Shown: piece by piece, positions 28,629 through 38,810 of the stretch
How positions within the stretch are numbered: position 1 is the first letter of the stretch
Layout of the letters: each line of letters opens with the position of its first letter
Assembly (NCBI GenBank): GCA_963727445.1
Contig: CAVSGI010000020.1
Location: 320,001 to 384,000 of the forward strand
From: an uncultured delta proteobacterium
Lineage (GTDB): Bacteria; Myxococcota_A; Polyangia; Polyangiales; B10-G4
DNA: 64,000 bases
Direction: 5' to 3'
Position numbers and translations under genes: made by a program
Notes under the pieces: model-generated
Databases searched by the model: none
What the model saw: only the letters and a program-made list of their open reading frames with translations
Told to the model about the DNA's origin: nothing

Positions 28629-30982
28629 GCGGTACCGAACGGGAATCCAACCCGCCGGGCGGCGAGGAGCAGAGCGCGACGCGCGACCCCGATCTCGACA
28701 ACACGCTCCCGGACGGCGGCCCGGGCGAGCCGGAAGCGGCGAAGAGCGACGGCGAGGAGAAGGTGAAGCCGCAGCTCAAGCGGACGATGATGGGCATCGA
28801 TCCGGACGCGGCGAAGAAGCTCAAGGAGCTCGCCGCCGCCGCGGACGCCGCCCGCGTCGAAGCCAAGGCCCGCCGGGACGCCGCGAAGCAGGCGGCCAAG
28901 GAGCCCGCCCAGGCTGCGTCGGCCGAAGAGACCGACGAGGACGAGGACGAGGAAGAAGAGGAAGACGCCTTCGCAGCCTCGACCGAGATGGTCGACCCCG
29001 AGGAGCAGCGGAAGCTGATCGCGAAGGCGACGGGGGGGGCGATATCGGAGGACGCGTCGGAGTCGGAGGACGCGGACGAGGACGCGGACGAATCCGAGGA
29101 CGAATCCGAGGACGAGAGCGAGGGCGAGGGCGAGTCCGACGAATCCGAGGACGAGGACGAGGACGAGAGCGACGAATCCGAGGACGAGAGCGGGAGCGAG
29201 AGCGACGAATCCGAGGACGAGAGCGGGAGCGAGAGCGACGAATCCGAGGCCGAGCAGAAGGGCGAAGCCGGCGAGGCCAGCGGGGAAGAAGAAGAGGAAG
29301 ACGAAGAGGAAGAGGAAGAGGACGAAGAAGAAGAGGACGAGGAAGAAGCCGGGATCATCGTCCGCTACTACGGTCGCACCGACGTCGGGCTCATCCGCGA
29401 GCACAACGAGGACAACTTCACGGTCGTCGACGTCGGCCGAGACGTCCGGGGGGTCGAACCGGGGGAGATCCGCACGGCGCCTGTCGGTGCACGTGGGGCC
29501 GTCTTCGCTGTCTGCGACGGGATGGGCGGCGCCGCCGCTGGCGAAGTGGCCAGTCAGATGGCCGTCGATACCGTCTACGAATACTTCAGCGTGATGGGGG
29601 TCCCCAAGACGCGGGACCACTTCGCGCAGCGCGTCACCACCGCCATCGAAGAGGCGGGCAATCGGATCTTCAGCGCCGCCAAGATGGATCGTTCGCGCCG
29701 CGGCATGGGCACCACGGCGACCGTCGCCGGGCTCATCGACAAGGTGCTCTTCGTGGGGCAGGTGGGGGACAGCAGGGCCTACCTCTTGCGTGACGGCGAG
29801 CTCGGGCTGATCACCAAGGACCAGTCCCTGGTCAACCAGCTGATCGAGGCCGGGCAGCTCACCGAGGAAGAAGCCGAGGCCTTCGAACACTCCAACATCA
29901 TTCTTCAGGCGCTGGGGACGACCGAAGAGGTGACGGTCGATCTCACGTTCATCGAGCTCCGGCGCGGCGACCGGTTGATGATGTGCTCCGACGGGCTCTC
30001 GGGCCTCGTGCACCAGGAGACGATCAAGGACACCCTCTCCGAGCAGAAGGATCTGGTCGCCTGCTGCAACAGGCTCATCGAGCAGGCCAACGCTGGCGGG
30101 GGGCACGACAACATCACGGTGGTCTGCGTCGACTTCGACGGCGAAGACCTCGAAGAGCCGGAGCCCGGCAACAAGCCGATGTACGTGCAGTACCCGCTGC
30201 CCCCCGGGCTCGAAGAGGAGCGCGAGTCGCTGGTTCCCTCCGAGCCGCAGATGAAGGCGGGCGGGCGCAAGCCGGGGGCCGACGTCAAGCGCGCCGCCGA
30301 CGACACCCCGGCCGGACGGCCCCACGCCAAGGCCGCCGAGCAGCCCGGCATCAACTGGAGCGTCGTGCTCGGCGCGCTCGTGCTCGCGACGATCATCACC
30401 GCGGTGGTGCTCGCGATGCGCGACGACGACGAATCGCAGAATCGGCAGGACAGCCCGTCGCACGATCCGACGACCACCGCCCCGGCGCAGCCCGACCCCG
30501 AGCACGTGGTGGTGGAGGAGTCTGCAGACGTCGAGGTGCGCATCCGTACAGACATCGACGGCGAGCTCTTCATCGATGGTGAGCGCTTCGGGCCCATCGC
30601 CGACGGCGACCAGCTCCTGGTGATGCTCCCGCCCGGCGCTTATCGCTTCGAGGCGATGAGCGGCGACGACGTGGTCGCCGAAGAGGTCGTGGTGGTGCGC
30701 GAAGGCGCCCCCGTGGACATCTCCCTCAACCTTCCATCAGGCGCCGTCGACGCGATCGACGGCACGGGCGAGGAGGGCGACGAAGAGGGAGCCCAGACGT
30801 CGCCCGAGCCGCCGCCTCGCCAGCCGCCGCCCCGCGAGCCGCCGCCCCGCGAGCCCGCGCCCCGCCAGCCGCCGCCGCGCGAGCCGCCGGAAGAGGAGGC
30901 TGTGCAGGCGAGCCCCACCATGATGAGCGCGCCGGCGACGATGACGCCCGCGCTCACCATGGAACCGGCCGAGTCGCCCTGA
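28625..30982 (+). CDS. PP2C (Stp1/PrpC-type) phosphatase with acidic N-terminal extension, TM and PEGA-like extracytoplasmic domain
   Basis: TDVGLIREHNED, VCDGMGG, MGTT, VGDSRAY, CSDGL, GGHDNIT. Confidence 0.95.
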   Translation: MSGTERESNPPGGEEQSATRDPDLDNTLPDGGPGEPEAAKSDGEEKVKPQLKRTMMGIDPDAAKKLKELAAAADAARVEAKARRDAAKQAAKEPAQAASAEETDEDEDEEEEEDAFAASTEMVDPEEQRKLIAKATGGAISEDASESEDADEDADESEDESEDESEGEGESDESEDEDEDESDESEDESGSESDESEDESGSESDESEAEQKGEAGEASGEEEEEDEEEEEEDEEEEDEEEAGIIVRYYGRTDVGLIREHNEDNFTVVDVGRDVRGVEPGEIRTAPVGARGAVFAVCDGMGGAAAGEVASQMAVDTVYEYFSVMGVPKTRDHFAQRVTTAIEEAGNRIFSAAKMDRSRRGMGTTATVAGLIDKVLFVGQVGDSRAYLLRDGELGLITKDQSLVNQLIEAGQLTEEEAEAFEHSNIILQALGTTEEVTVDLTFIELRRGDRLMMCSDGLSGLVHQETIKDTLSEQKDLVACCNRLIEQANAGGGHDNITVVCVDFDGEDLEEPEPGNKPMYVQYPLPPGLEEERESLVPSEPQMKAGGRKPGADVKRAADDTPAGRPHAKAAEQPGINWSVVLGALVLATIITAVVLAMRDDDESQNRQDSPSHDPTTTAPAQPDPEHVVVEESADVEVRIRTDIDGELFIDGERFGPIADGDQLLVMLPPGAYRFEAMSGDDVVAEEVVVVREGAPVDISLNLPSGAVDAIDGTGEEGDEEGAQTSPEPPPRQPPPREPPPREPAPRQPPPREPPEEEAVQASPTMMSAPATMTPALTMEPAESP

Positions 30983-30992
30983 CCAGAGCGCG

Positions 30993-32588
30993 ATGATTCG
31001 CTTTCACCAGACCTTCGGTGCTCACGCGGGGCGCGTGACGGAGCTGGACAAGGACAAGATCTCTTTCGGCCGCATGCCCGACTGTGACGTGGCTTTCGAC
31101 CCGCAGGCCGATCTCGATGCCTCGGGCCGCCACGCCGAGGTGGTGCATCAGGGGGGCAGCTGGCACGTCATCGACTCGGGCTCGCGCAACGGTACCTGGC
31201 TCAACGGGCAGAAGGTCCAACGCGCCGTCCTCTCCTCCGGCGACGAGATCGAGTTCGGTATGGGTGGCCCGCGGGTGCGGGTCGAAATCGTCGACGCCGG
31301 ATTGCAGGCTGCGGGACCGCGTCAGGTCACGGGCCCGATGACACCGGCGCCGGCCGGCGGCAACACCCGCCCCGACGTTCGGACCGCGGCGGCGACCCCG
31401 GTGCCCCGTGGCCTGGGCGCTGTGGACGGGAGCGCGCCGACCATGGCGGCGATGGCCACGCCGACGCCCGCGGTGGCGAGCAAGCCGGGGGTGGGATTCG
31501 ACGAGCCGCCCACGAGCGCCGCCACGCCGAACGCGCTCGGCACCAGCGGAACGCCGTCGCCGCCCAGCTCCCCGGGTCCTGCGACGCCCATCGCCGGCGG
31601 CGTCGGTCCCCCGCCTTCGGGCGGTTTCGGCTCCGCCCCCCCGTCGTCGGCCCCCGGCTCTTCGCCCAAGCAGTACGGCGAGCGAACGGTGGGGCTCATG
31701 ATCCAGGCCGCCATCGCGCAACAGGCCGCCGCCGTTCCCAAGCACAAGTCGACCGAAGAGATACGCGCCATCGCCGCGTCCACCGGGGCGCGGGGCGAAT
31801 CGGGTGGCGGGCTCAAGCTGATCATCGCCATCCTGGTCTTTCTGATCATCGCGCTCCTCGTGGGCGGCGGCTTCGTCGTCTACTACCTGACCCGCGGCGG
31901 TGGCAGCACGACCGGCGGTGAGACGGGGGGCGGAGCCAATCTCGAGGCGACCGCGCTCTCCATCTCCACTCGGAGCGCGCCCGCGCTCTACGTGCTCGTC
32001 GAGACCCCGGCCGAAGGCGAGGGCGAGCGCGGCATCTGTGCGGCCTTCGCCGTGCGCTCCGACCTGCTGGCCACCAGCGCTCAGTGCGTGCTCCGAATGC
32101 AGGAGGGACGCGCGCAGCACGCGACTCATTTCGCGGTCCCCAACGGCGGGGGCGGGAGCCGGCTGTCGATCACGCAGATGTGGCACCACCCCGGCTACGT
32201 CCCCGGCGGCGCACCCTCGGCGGACGTGGGCATCGTTCAGACCGGGGGCAATCTCGCCAGCCAACTTCCGCTGGCGTCGATGGAAGAGCTCGCGGAGCTG
32301 AAAGCGGGAGATCCGGTCTTCCTCTTCGGCTTCTCTTCCGACCTCTCGAACGTCTCGGCCCCGGTCGCGGGGGTGGCCCGCGGGCGGATCCAGGGCATCA
32401 CCGGCTTCGACGGAAACCAGGCCCCCCTCCCCACCGCGCAGGTCATCGTCCACGACATCCAGAGCTCCCAGGGCACCCGTGGGAGCCCGATCTTCGACGC
32501 TTCTGGCCGGGTCATCGCCATCGACGAGGGGGGCCATGGGGTACGGATCGACCTGTTGGCGAGCCTCCTGGCGGGGATGGGGCGTTGA
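30993..32588 (+). CDS. FHA - Pro-rich linker - TM - trypsin-like domain lacking catalytic His and Ser
   Basis: FGR..ASGRH..SRNGT; ATSAQCV, ADVGIV, GTRGSPIFDASGRVIAI. Confidence 0.88.
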   Translation: MIRFHQTFGAHAGRVTELDKDKISFGRMPDCDVAFDPQADLDASGRHAEVVHQGGSWHVIDSGSRNGTWLNGQKVQRAVLSSGDEIEFGMGGPRVRVEIVDAGLQAAGPRQVTGPMTPAPAGGNTRPDVRTAAATPVPRGLGAVDGSAPTMAAMATPTPAVASKPGVGFDEPPTSAATPNALGTSGTPSPPSSPGPATPIAGGVGPPPSGGFGSAPPSSAPGSSPKQYGERTVGLMIQAAIAQQAAAVPKHKSTEEIRAIAASTGARGESGGGLKLIIAILVFLIIALLVGGGFVVYYLTRGGGSTTGGETGGGANLEATALSISTRSAPALYVLVETPAEGEGERGICAAFAVRSDLLATSAQCVLRMQEGRAQHATHFAVPNGGGGSRLSITQMWHHPGYVPGGAPSADVGIVQTGGNLASQLPLASMEELAELKAGDPVFLFGFSSDLSNVSAPVAGVARGRIQGITGFDGNQAPLPTAQVIVHDIQSSQGTRGSPIFDASGRVIAIDEGGHGVRIDLLASLLAGMGR

Positions 32589-32654
32589 TCTAGCTTAGGG
32601 CGGGGGATCGAGAATATCGCGGCCCGGTTTCCCGTATAAAGACACCCCAGACCC

Positions 32655-34643
32655 ATGTTCCGACCGAAATCGCAAGCCGCCCTCGGCGTCCTTTCGGCCC
32701 TCGTCGCCGGGATCGTCATCTTCTTCGGGCCGAGCCCCCTCGCCCACGCGCAGGCCCGCGCGGTTCAGAGCCGCCTCGAGGAGTTCGGCCGCATGCCGAC
32801 GCGCGACGCGCGACACCTCGTGCGCGAGATCTCGAACGAGCTGCGCGCCAACGCGCGCGAGGGGGGCGACCGCTACGACCGCATTCGCACCTCGGTGGGG
32901 CGGGCGATCCTCGATGGCCCCGGCAGCAATCGCGAGGAGTACGAGCAGCGGTTGGGCCAGGTGCTCACCCGCATGCAGCGCGGTCTCGACGAGCAGCTCC
33001 TCGAGGCGCTCTTTCAGAACCGTCCGAATGCGGCGGTCCTCTGTGCCACGGACTTCGAGGTCACCATCCTCGAGTGCGATGCGTTGATCGCGGCGGCCTC
33101 GCGCAGTCGCAGCCCGCTTCCCTTCACGCCGGCCGACGACGGATCGGCGCTGAAGACCGCGCTGCGCGAAGCCAGCGTGAACAGGCGCCAGGCGAACGAG
33201 ATCGCGGACAAGCTCGGTGAGGCGATGCTGGGCGTTCCGCGGATCCTGACCCGCGATCAGCGCGGGCGCGGTCTGCTTCGCCTCCTCGAGTCGTGTCCCG
33301 GCGGTCTGTCGAGCCGAGAGGCGCAGGTACGCGCGTGGCACGTCGGTCCCACCGTGGGGATGGCGCGCTGCATCGCCACCGTTCTGGCGCGCCGCAGCAC
33401 CGCGTCGGCGGCGCGAGATCGCGCGCAGCAGTTCTTCGGGATGAGCGCGCTCGCGGCGCAGGCCTTCATCGGATGGGGCGTGCCGAACGCGGCTTCCGGC
33501 GGCAACGCCTCGTCGTCAGCCGCGGCCGCGACCCCGCCGCCGCGGCGCGCCGCGCCTTCGGCGACCGAGCTGCTCTCCCAGGCGAGGGCCCATTTTCGCG
33601 CGGGCCGCTTCCGCGAATCGGCCATGGCCTACCAGCAGGTCACGCGCATGGACCCCACCAACTCCGGCGCCTTCGCGGGATTGGGCTCGGCCCTCCTTCG
33701 CGGCCGGCAGACGCGGCCCGCGGTGGGCGCCTATCGCCAGGCGGTGCAGCTCCAGCCAGGCAACCCGAACTATCACGCGTTCTTGGGTGAAGCGCTCGCG
33801 GCCTCCGGCGATCACGACGGGGCGGTCGCCGAGTACCAGGCAGCGCTGGCGATCCAGCCCAACAACTTCATCGCGAGCCAGGGGCTCTCGCGCGTCGGCG
33901 CGCATGCGAATCGCGGTCAAGCACAGCAGAACCGCACGCTGTCGCCCGCGCAGCAGGCCGATCGCTGGCGCACTCAGGGCCGCGACCACTTTCGTGCGGG
34001 CCGCTTCCCGCAGGCCGCCTCGGCTTACGAGCAGGCGGTCCGCCTTCAGCCGGACAACGCGGGTGCCTACTCGGGGCTCGGCGCGGCGCGCTTGCAGATG
34101 GGTGACACCGCCGGTGCGGTCTCCGCGTATCAGAACGCGGTGCGCCTCGACTCGAACCACTCGGGCTATTGGAGCGCGCTCGCGCGCGCCCAGGCACGCA
34201 GCGGCGACCGGCCGGGCGCGATCGCCTCGCTTCAGCGCGCGCTTCAGCTCGATCCGCAGAACCAGAACGCGCAGCAAGGCCTTCGCGCGCTGGGCGGCGC
34301 GCCCGCGCGGGGCAATGCGGTGGCGGCGACCGCCCCGACCCAGGCCGGCGCTCCGACCCAGACGGGCAACCAGCTCCCCGAGACGCCGTCGCGCGATCAG
34401 ATCATCGGCGTGATGCGGCCGCTGCAGGCGCAGGTGGCGGCTTGCGTGCCCAGCTTCTCCGGTCGCGTGACCTTCAGCTTCGCGGTGGTCGGGGAGACCG
34501 GCGGCGTGGAGGACGTCACGGTGGCCGAAGAGGATCAGCTCGAGCCCGAAGAGCTCGAGTGCATGCAGGGCGTGATCGCCAACGGCTCCTTCCCCCACTT
34601 CACCCGCGAGCGCCTCGAGGTCAGCTACCCCTACGTGCTCTAG
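32655..34643 (+). CDS. Secreted TPR protein with AgmX/PglI-like C-terminal domain
   Basis: Two TPR blocks; C-terminal QVAAC..GRVTFSF..C..FPHF..VSYPYVL. Confidence 0.85.
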   Translation: MFRPKSQAALGVLSALVAGIVIFFGPSPLAHAQARAVQSRLEEFGRMPTRDARHLVREISNELRANAREGGDRYDRIRTSVGRAILDGPGSNREEYEQRLGQVLTRMQRGLDEQLLEALFQNRPNAAVLCATDFEVTILECDALIAAASRSRSPLPFTPADDGSALKTALREASVNRRQANEIADKLGEAMLGVPRILTRDQRGRGLLRLLESCPGGLSSREAQVRAWHVGPTVGMARCIATVLARRSTASAARDRAQQFFGMSALAAQAFIGWGVPNAASGGNASSSAAAATPPPRRAAPSATELLSQARAHFRAGRFRESAMAYQQVTRMDPTNSGAFAGLGSALLRGRQTRPAVGAYRQAVQLQPGNPNYHAFLGEALAASGDHDGAVAEYQAALAIQPNNFIASQGLSRVGAHANRGQAQQNRTLSPAQQADRWRTQGRDHFRAGRFPQAASAYEQAVRLQPDNAGAYSGLGAARLQMGDTAGAVSAYQNAVRLDSNHSGYWSALARAQARSGDRPGAIASLQRALQLDPQNQNAQQGLRALGGAPARGNAVAATAPTQAGAPTQTGNQLPETPSRDQIIGVMRPLQAQVAACVPSFSGRVTFSFAVVGETGGVEDVTVAEEDQLEPEELECMQGVIANGSFPHFTRERLEVSYPYVL

Positions 34644-34703
34644 CGCCCACGCACGCCTCGGCGCCGGGCCGGCGCGCTCGCGGCGACAGTTCGTGCAGCT
34701 ACG

Positions 34704-34738
34704 CACATCTCGTCGCGCCCCGGAGATGTGGGTTTTTT
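34704..34738 (+). terminator. Putative intrinsic terminator
   Basis: CACATCTC-N11-GAGATGTG followed by GGTTTTTT. Confidence 0.5.
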
Positions 34739-34771
34739 GACCACCCGGCGCCGGTTGGTGAAAAAGAGGGC

Positions 34772-35378
34772 ATGTCACAGGGCGCACGGGTTACGGACGC
34801 GGTGAGCTATTTTCAGCGCCGCGGGGAGCTCAAGGGGGCGGTTCGGGTCGTTCGGAGCCGACTTCCGGAGAAATTCCGGTGGCGGCGCGCGGTGGGCGGC
34901 CTGACCTCGACCGCGGGCAAGCTCCGGGGAATCGACCGGATGCGGGTCACCGAGCCCATCCGTGAGGTCGTGCTCGACATGGAGGACTTCGACCTGAAGC
35001 GCGAGGTCGTGATCGATGCCCGCCGCCACGGCGTCGACTTCGACCGAGGCGAGGTGCTGCCCTTTCGAATCCGTCGGGGACCTCCGGCGCTACTCCTTCT
35101 TGACCGACGTTCCCCTCGAGCAGGTGCTGAAGCACGTCCGGCTCGACCCCGGTTCCTTCTTCGCCCGCGCCGACACCGCGGCGGTGGTCATCGTCGGCCG
35201 TCACTACGAGATCGTCCACCGCAAGAAGGCGCACGAGCTCTGGCTCGAGATCCCCGACCCGGACGGACCCGACAAGCAGGAGCTCCACCATCACGTGATG
35301 GCCGATCGGGCCGAGCGCGAGGCGCGCCTGGCGGACCGCTGGTCCGCGTTCACCCGCGCCGTTCTCGACGCGAAGTAG
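34772..35378 (+). CDS. Hypothetical protein; +1 indel near 35064
   Basis: MSQGARVTDAV...GEVLPF joins ESVGDLRRYSF after removing one T. Confidence 0.65.
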
Positions 35379-35384
35379 AAGGCG

Positions 35385-35882
35385 TCACTCCGCGACGCGG
35401 CCGGACGCGATCAGCCACAGCTCGAGCTCTTCGATCGCGCGCTCGCCCCCGCGGCGCGAGAGCACGTGATCGGCCGCTTCGAGGGCCGCCGGATGCGCGT
35501 CGGCCACCGCCACCCCCGTCCCCGCGAGGGCGAAGATCTCGGCATCGTCGAGACCATCGCCGATGACGCAGATCTCCTCCGGGCTGACGCCGCTGTCGGC
35601 GACGATCGCGTCGAAGGCGGCCACCTTGTCCGTCACGCCCAGCCATCGCACGTCGCAACCGAGGAGCTCCATGCGGCGCCGGGCCGCGGGGGTCTTGTTG
35701 CGGCTGAGTGGGAGGATGGTCAGGCCGCGCTCGCGCAGCCGAAGGATCGCTTCGCCGTCGCGCACGCTGTAGACCTGTGTCCAGCCCACCTCGGCGCCTG
35801 CGTACCAGGTGGTGGCGTCGGTGAGGGTTCCGTCCACATCGAACGCGACGATGCGGACGGAAGGTGGCAGGCTCTCGCTCAT
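35385..35882 (-). CDS. KdsC/YrbI-family HAD phosphatase
   Basis: FDVDGTLTD, SVRDG, IGDGLDD, GGERAIEE. Confidence 0.88.
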   Translation of the reverse strand: MSESLPPSVRIVAFDVDGTLTDATTWYAGAEVGWTQVYSVRDGEAILRLRERGLTILPLSRNKTPAARRRMELLGCDVRWLGVTDKVAAFDAIVADSGVSPEEICVIGDGLDDAEIFALAGTGVAVADAHPAALEAADHVLSRRGGERAIEELELWLIASGRVAE

Positions 35883-35913
35883 GGCCGCGAAAGATACCCC
35901 CAACGGCGCGAAG

Positions 35914-37026
35914 ATGTCCTCCACCAGCGTGCGCGCCATCGGCGTGATGAGTGGAACGAGCTGCGACGGGGCGGACGCCGTGCTCCTGTCCATCGCCGAC
36001 CCCGACGCGCGCGGGGAGCCGGAGGTGCTGGGCCACGCCTTCGTGCCCTACGACAGGGCGCTCCGAGAAGAGCTGATGGCGCCCGGACGGATCCACACGC
36101 CGCGGCTGTGCGAGCTCGACTACCTGTTGCCCGAGATCTATCAGGCGGCGATCGAGAAGCTGCCCGAGTGGCAGACGGCGGACGTGGTCGGCTGTCACGG
36201 ACAGACCGTTTGGCACGCGCCACCGTCGGCGGGGGCCAGCGTGCCGGGTACGATGCAGATCGGCTCGCCGTCGGTGCTGGCCGCGCGCCTCGACAAGGTG
36301 GTGGTTGGGGACTTCCGCGCCGCCGACGTCGCTCGAGGCGGGGAGGGGGCGCCCATCGCCCCGATCGCCCACTTCATGTTCACCCCCGAGGACCACACCG
36401 GTCGGCTGGTGGTGAACGTCGGCGGCATCGCCAACGTCACCTTCGTGGCGGGCTCTCGCGACGAGGTGACCGCCGCCGACATCGGCCCGGGCAACATGAT
36501 CGCCGATCGCCTCTGTGCGGCGACAAGCCTCGGCAGCGAGGCCTACGATCGCGACGGCCTGATGAGCCGCGATGGATCGGTGCACGAAGAGGTGGTCGAT
36601 CACATCCTGGCCCACCCCTTCTTCTCCCGACCGGAGCCGCGCACCACCGGTCGCGAGGACTTCGGCGCCGGCTACACCGACTCCCTCACGCGGCGCTTTT
36701 CCAAGCTCAGCGCGCCAGACCTGCTCCGGAGCACCCTCGCGGCCACAGCCGAGGTGATCGCCCGCGCCGCCCGGGCGAAGAGCGCGAGCGAGATCCTGCT
36801 CACCGGGGGTGGGGCCAAGAACCCGACGCTCCGCGAGCTCCTGGGACAGCGCGCTGGGACCATCCCCCTGGCGGTGGCCGAGTCCGGTCCCTTCGCGCCC
36901 TCCATTCACGAGCCGGCGGCGATGGCGCTGATCGCCGCGCGCACGCTTCGCGGCCTTCCCAGCGGGCTGCCGCAGGTCACGGGCGCGAAGTCGGAGTCGG
37001 TACTGGGCGTCGTCGCCCGACCCTGA
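35914..37026 (+). CDS. anmK: Anhydro-N-acetylmuramic acid kinase
   Basis: GVMSGTSCDG, HGQTVWH, DFRAADVARGGEGAP, NVGGIAN, TGRE, GGGAKN. Confidence 0.95.
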   Translation: MSSTSVRAIGVMSGTSCDGADAVLLSIADPDARGEPEVLGHAFVPYDRALREELMAPGRIHTPRLCELDYLLPEIYQAAIEKLPEWQTADVVGCHGQTVWHAPPSAGASVPGTMQIGSPSVLAARLDKVVVGDFRAADVARGGEGAPIAPIAHFMFTPEDHTGRLVVNVGGIANVTFVAGSRDEVTAADIGPGNMIADRLCAATSLGSEAYDRDGLMSRDGSVHEEVVDHILAHPFFSRPEPRTTGREDFGAGYTDSLTRRFSKLSAPDLLRSTLAATAEVIARAARAKSASEILLTGGGAKNPTLRELLGQRAGTIPLAVAESGPFAPSIHEPAAMALIAARTLRGLPSGLPQVTGAKSESVLGVVARP

Positions 37027-37032
37027 TGCGTC

Positions 37033-38778
37033 TCAGGTCCCGGTGATCTTCGACAGGGCGGCGGTCATCTCCGCGACCAGCGCCTCGCCGCGTGCGCGGG
37101 CCGAGGCGATCTGCTCGCCCTCGGCGATGGTGACGCGCGCGTCGAAGTAGAATTTGATCTTGGGCTCGGTGCCGCTCGGTCGCGCCATGATGCGGTGACC
37201 GCCCTCGAGCTCGAAGAGCAGCACGTCGCTCGGCGGGTAGTCGAGCTTGGTGACCTTGCCGTCGGCATCTTTGCGAGTCCCTGCGTCGAGGTCGCTGAAG
37301 GCGCGCACGGCCAGTGAGCCAAAGGCCTCGGGCGGCTCGCTGGAGAGCTCCTTCATGATGCGGCGGATGCGTTCGGCTCCCTCGGCGCCGGGAAGCACGA
37401 CGGCGCGTTGGCCGGAGAGGAACATCCCGTAGCGCCGGTAGCAGAGCTCGCGCTCCTCGAGGACGTTGCGCCCCTGGCTCTTGCACCAGGCCGCGAAGTC
37501 CGCGAAGACCGCGGCCGCGCTCACTCCGTCCTTGTCACGGACCAGGGTGCCGATGGTGTAGCCGATGGCCTCCTCGTAGCCCATGGCGAAGCGAAGCCCA
37601 CGCTCCTTCTCGAGGCGGATCGCTTCGTTGGCGATCCACTTGAAGCCGGTGAGGGTGTGCTGGAAGTAGGCGCCGTGGGCGGCAGCGATGTCGCCCAGCC
37701 AGGGGGAGCTCACGATCGAGGACAGCACCATCCGGTCGTCGCCCTCGCCCTTCGACAGGACGTAATGGGCGAGGAGGCAGCCGGTGTCGTTGCCGGTGAG
37801 CATCTGATAGCGGCCTTCGCGGTCGCGGATGGCCACGGCGAGGCGGTCGGCGTCCGGATCGTTGGCCAGGACCAGGTCGGCGCCCTCCTTATCGGCGAGC
37901 GCGAGGACCATGTCCATCGCGCCCTTCTCCTCGGGGTTGGGGAATTCGACGGTCGGGAAGGAGCCATCGGGCTCGGCCTGCTCCGGCACCGAGTGGACGT
38001 GCGCAAAGCCGCTGTCGGCGAGGGCGGCGCGGGCGAAACGCTCCCCCACGCCGTGCAGCGCCGTGTAGGCGATGACGAGATCACGCGGGGCGTCGGGGCT
38101 GAGCGCGAGCGCGCGCACGCCATCGAGATATCGGCGCTCGACCTCCTCGCCGACCACGACCAGCCGACCGCTCGAGAGCGCCTCGTCCCGCGAGACGCGC
38201 GGGAGGTCGGCCACGTTGTCGACCGCTGCGATGCGCTTCGCGATCTCCGCATCGTGAGGTGGGATGATCTGCGCGCCGTTCTCCCAGTAGACCTTGTACC
38301 CGTTGTACGCAGGCGGGTTGTGGCTGGCGGTCACCATCACCGCCGCCGCCGCGTTGCGATCGAGCGCGGTGAAGGCGAGGACCGGCGTGGGCACGACGCG
38401 GTCGAAGATCCAGGCCTGGAGCCCGGCGCCGCAGACGACCTCCGCCACGTCTTCGGCGAAGCGGCGACTCTTGTTGCGCCCGTCGAAGCCGATGGCCACC
38501 CCCCGTTCGGCGGCGTCCGGGATCTGCTCCTTCACCCACGCGACCAGTCCCGCGGTGGCGCGCAGGACGACGCGCCGGTTCATTCGGTTGGGTCCGGCCC
38601 CGAGGATTCCGCGCAGGCCCGCCGTCCCGAACTCGAGGTCGCCCGAAAAGCGGGCGCGCAGGCCGTCGGCATCTCCGTCGGCGATCAACGCGTCGATCTC
38701 GGCGCGCGTCTCTTCGTCGGGGTCGTCGTCGCGCCAAGCGATGGCGCGCTTCTTCAGCTCTTCGTCGATTTCGGCCAT
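37033..38778 (-). CDS. Phosphoglucomutase/phosphomannomutase
   Basis: FGTAGLRG, TASHNP, NDPDADR, YEEAIG, RPSGTEPKIK. Confidence 0.95.
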   Translation of the reverse strand: MAEIDEELKKRAIAWRDDDPDEETRAEIDALIADGDADGLRARFSGDLEFGTAGLRGILGAGPNRMNRRVVLRATAGLVAWVKEQIPDAAERGVAIGFDGRNKSRRFAEDVAEVVCGAGLQAWIFDRVVPTPVLAFTALDRNAAAAVMVTASHNPPAYNGYKVYWENGAQIIPPHDAEIAKRIAAVDNVADLPRVSRDEALSSGRLVVVGEEVERRYLDGVRALALSPDAPRDLVIAYTALHGVGERFARAALADSGFAHVHSVPEQAEPDGSFPTVEFPNPEEKGAMDMVLALADKEGADLVLANDPDADRLAVAIRDREGRYQMLTGNDTGCLLAHYVLSKGEGDDRMVLSSIVSSPWLGDIAAAHGAYFQHTLTGFKWIANEAIRLEKERGLRFAMGYEEAIGYTIGTLVRDKDGVSAAAVFADFAAWCKSQGRNVLEERELCYRRYGMFLSGQRAVVLPGAEGAERIRRIMKELSSEPPEAFGSLAVRAFSDLDAGTRKDADGKVTKLDYPPSDVLLFELEGGHRIMARPSGTEPKIKFYFDARVTIAEGEQIASARARGEALVAEMTAALSKITGT

Positions 38779-38810
38779 GGGGCGCCTATATAAACCGGTA
38801 GAGTCGTCGA

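Noticed and set aside
30808..30890. PPRE/PPRQ 15-nt repeats, and the GDGSP and DTGT repeats elsewhere
   Set aside because: Ordinary low-complexity protein linkers with synonymous variation and no spacers
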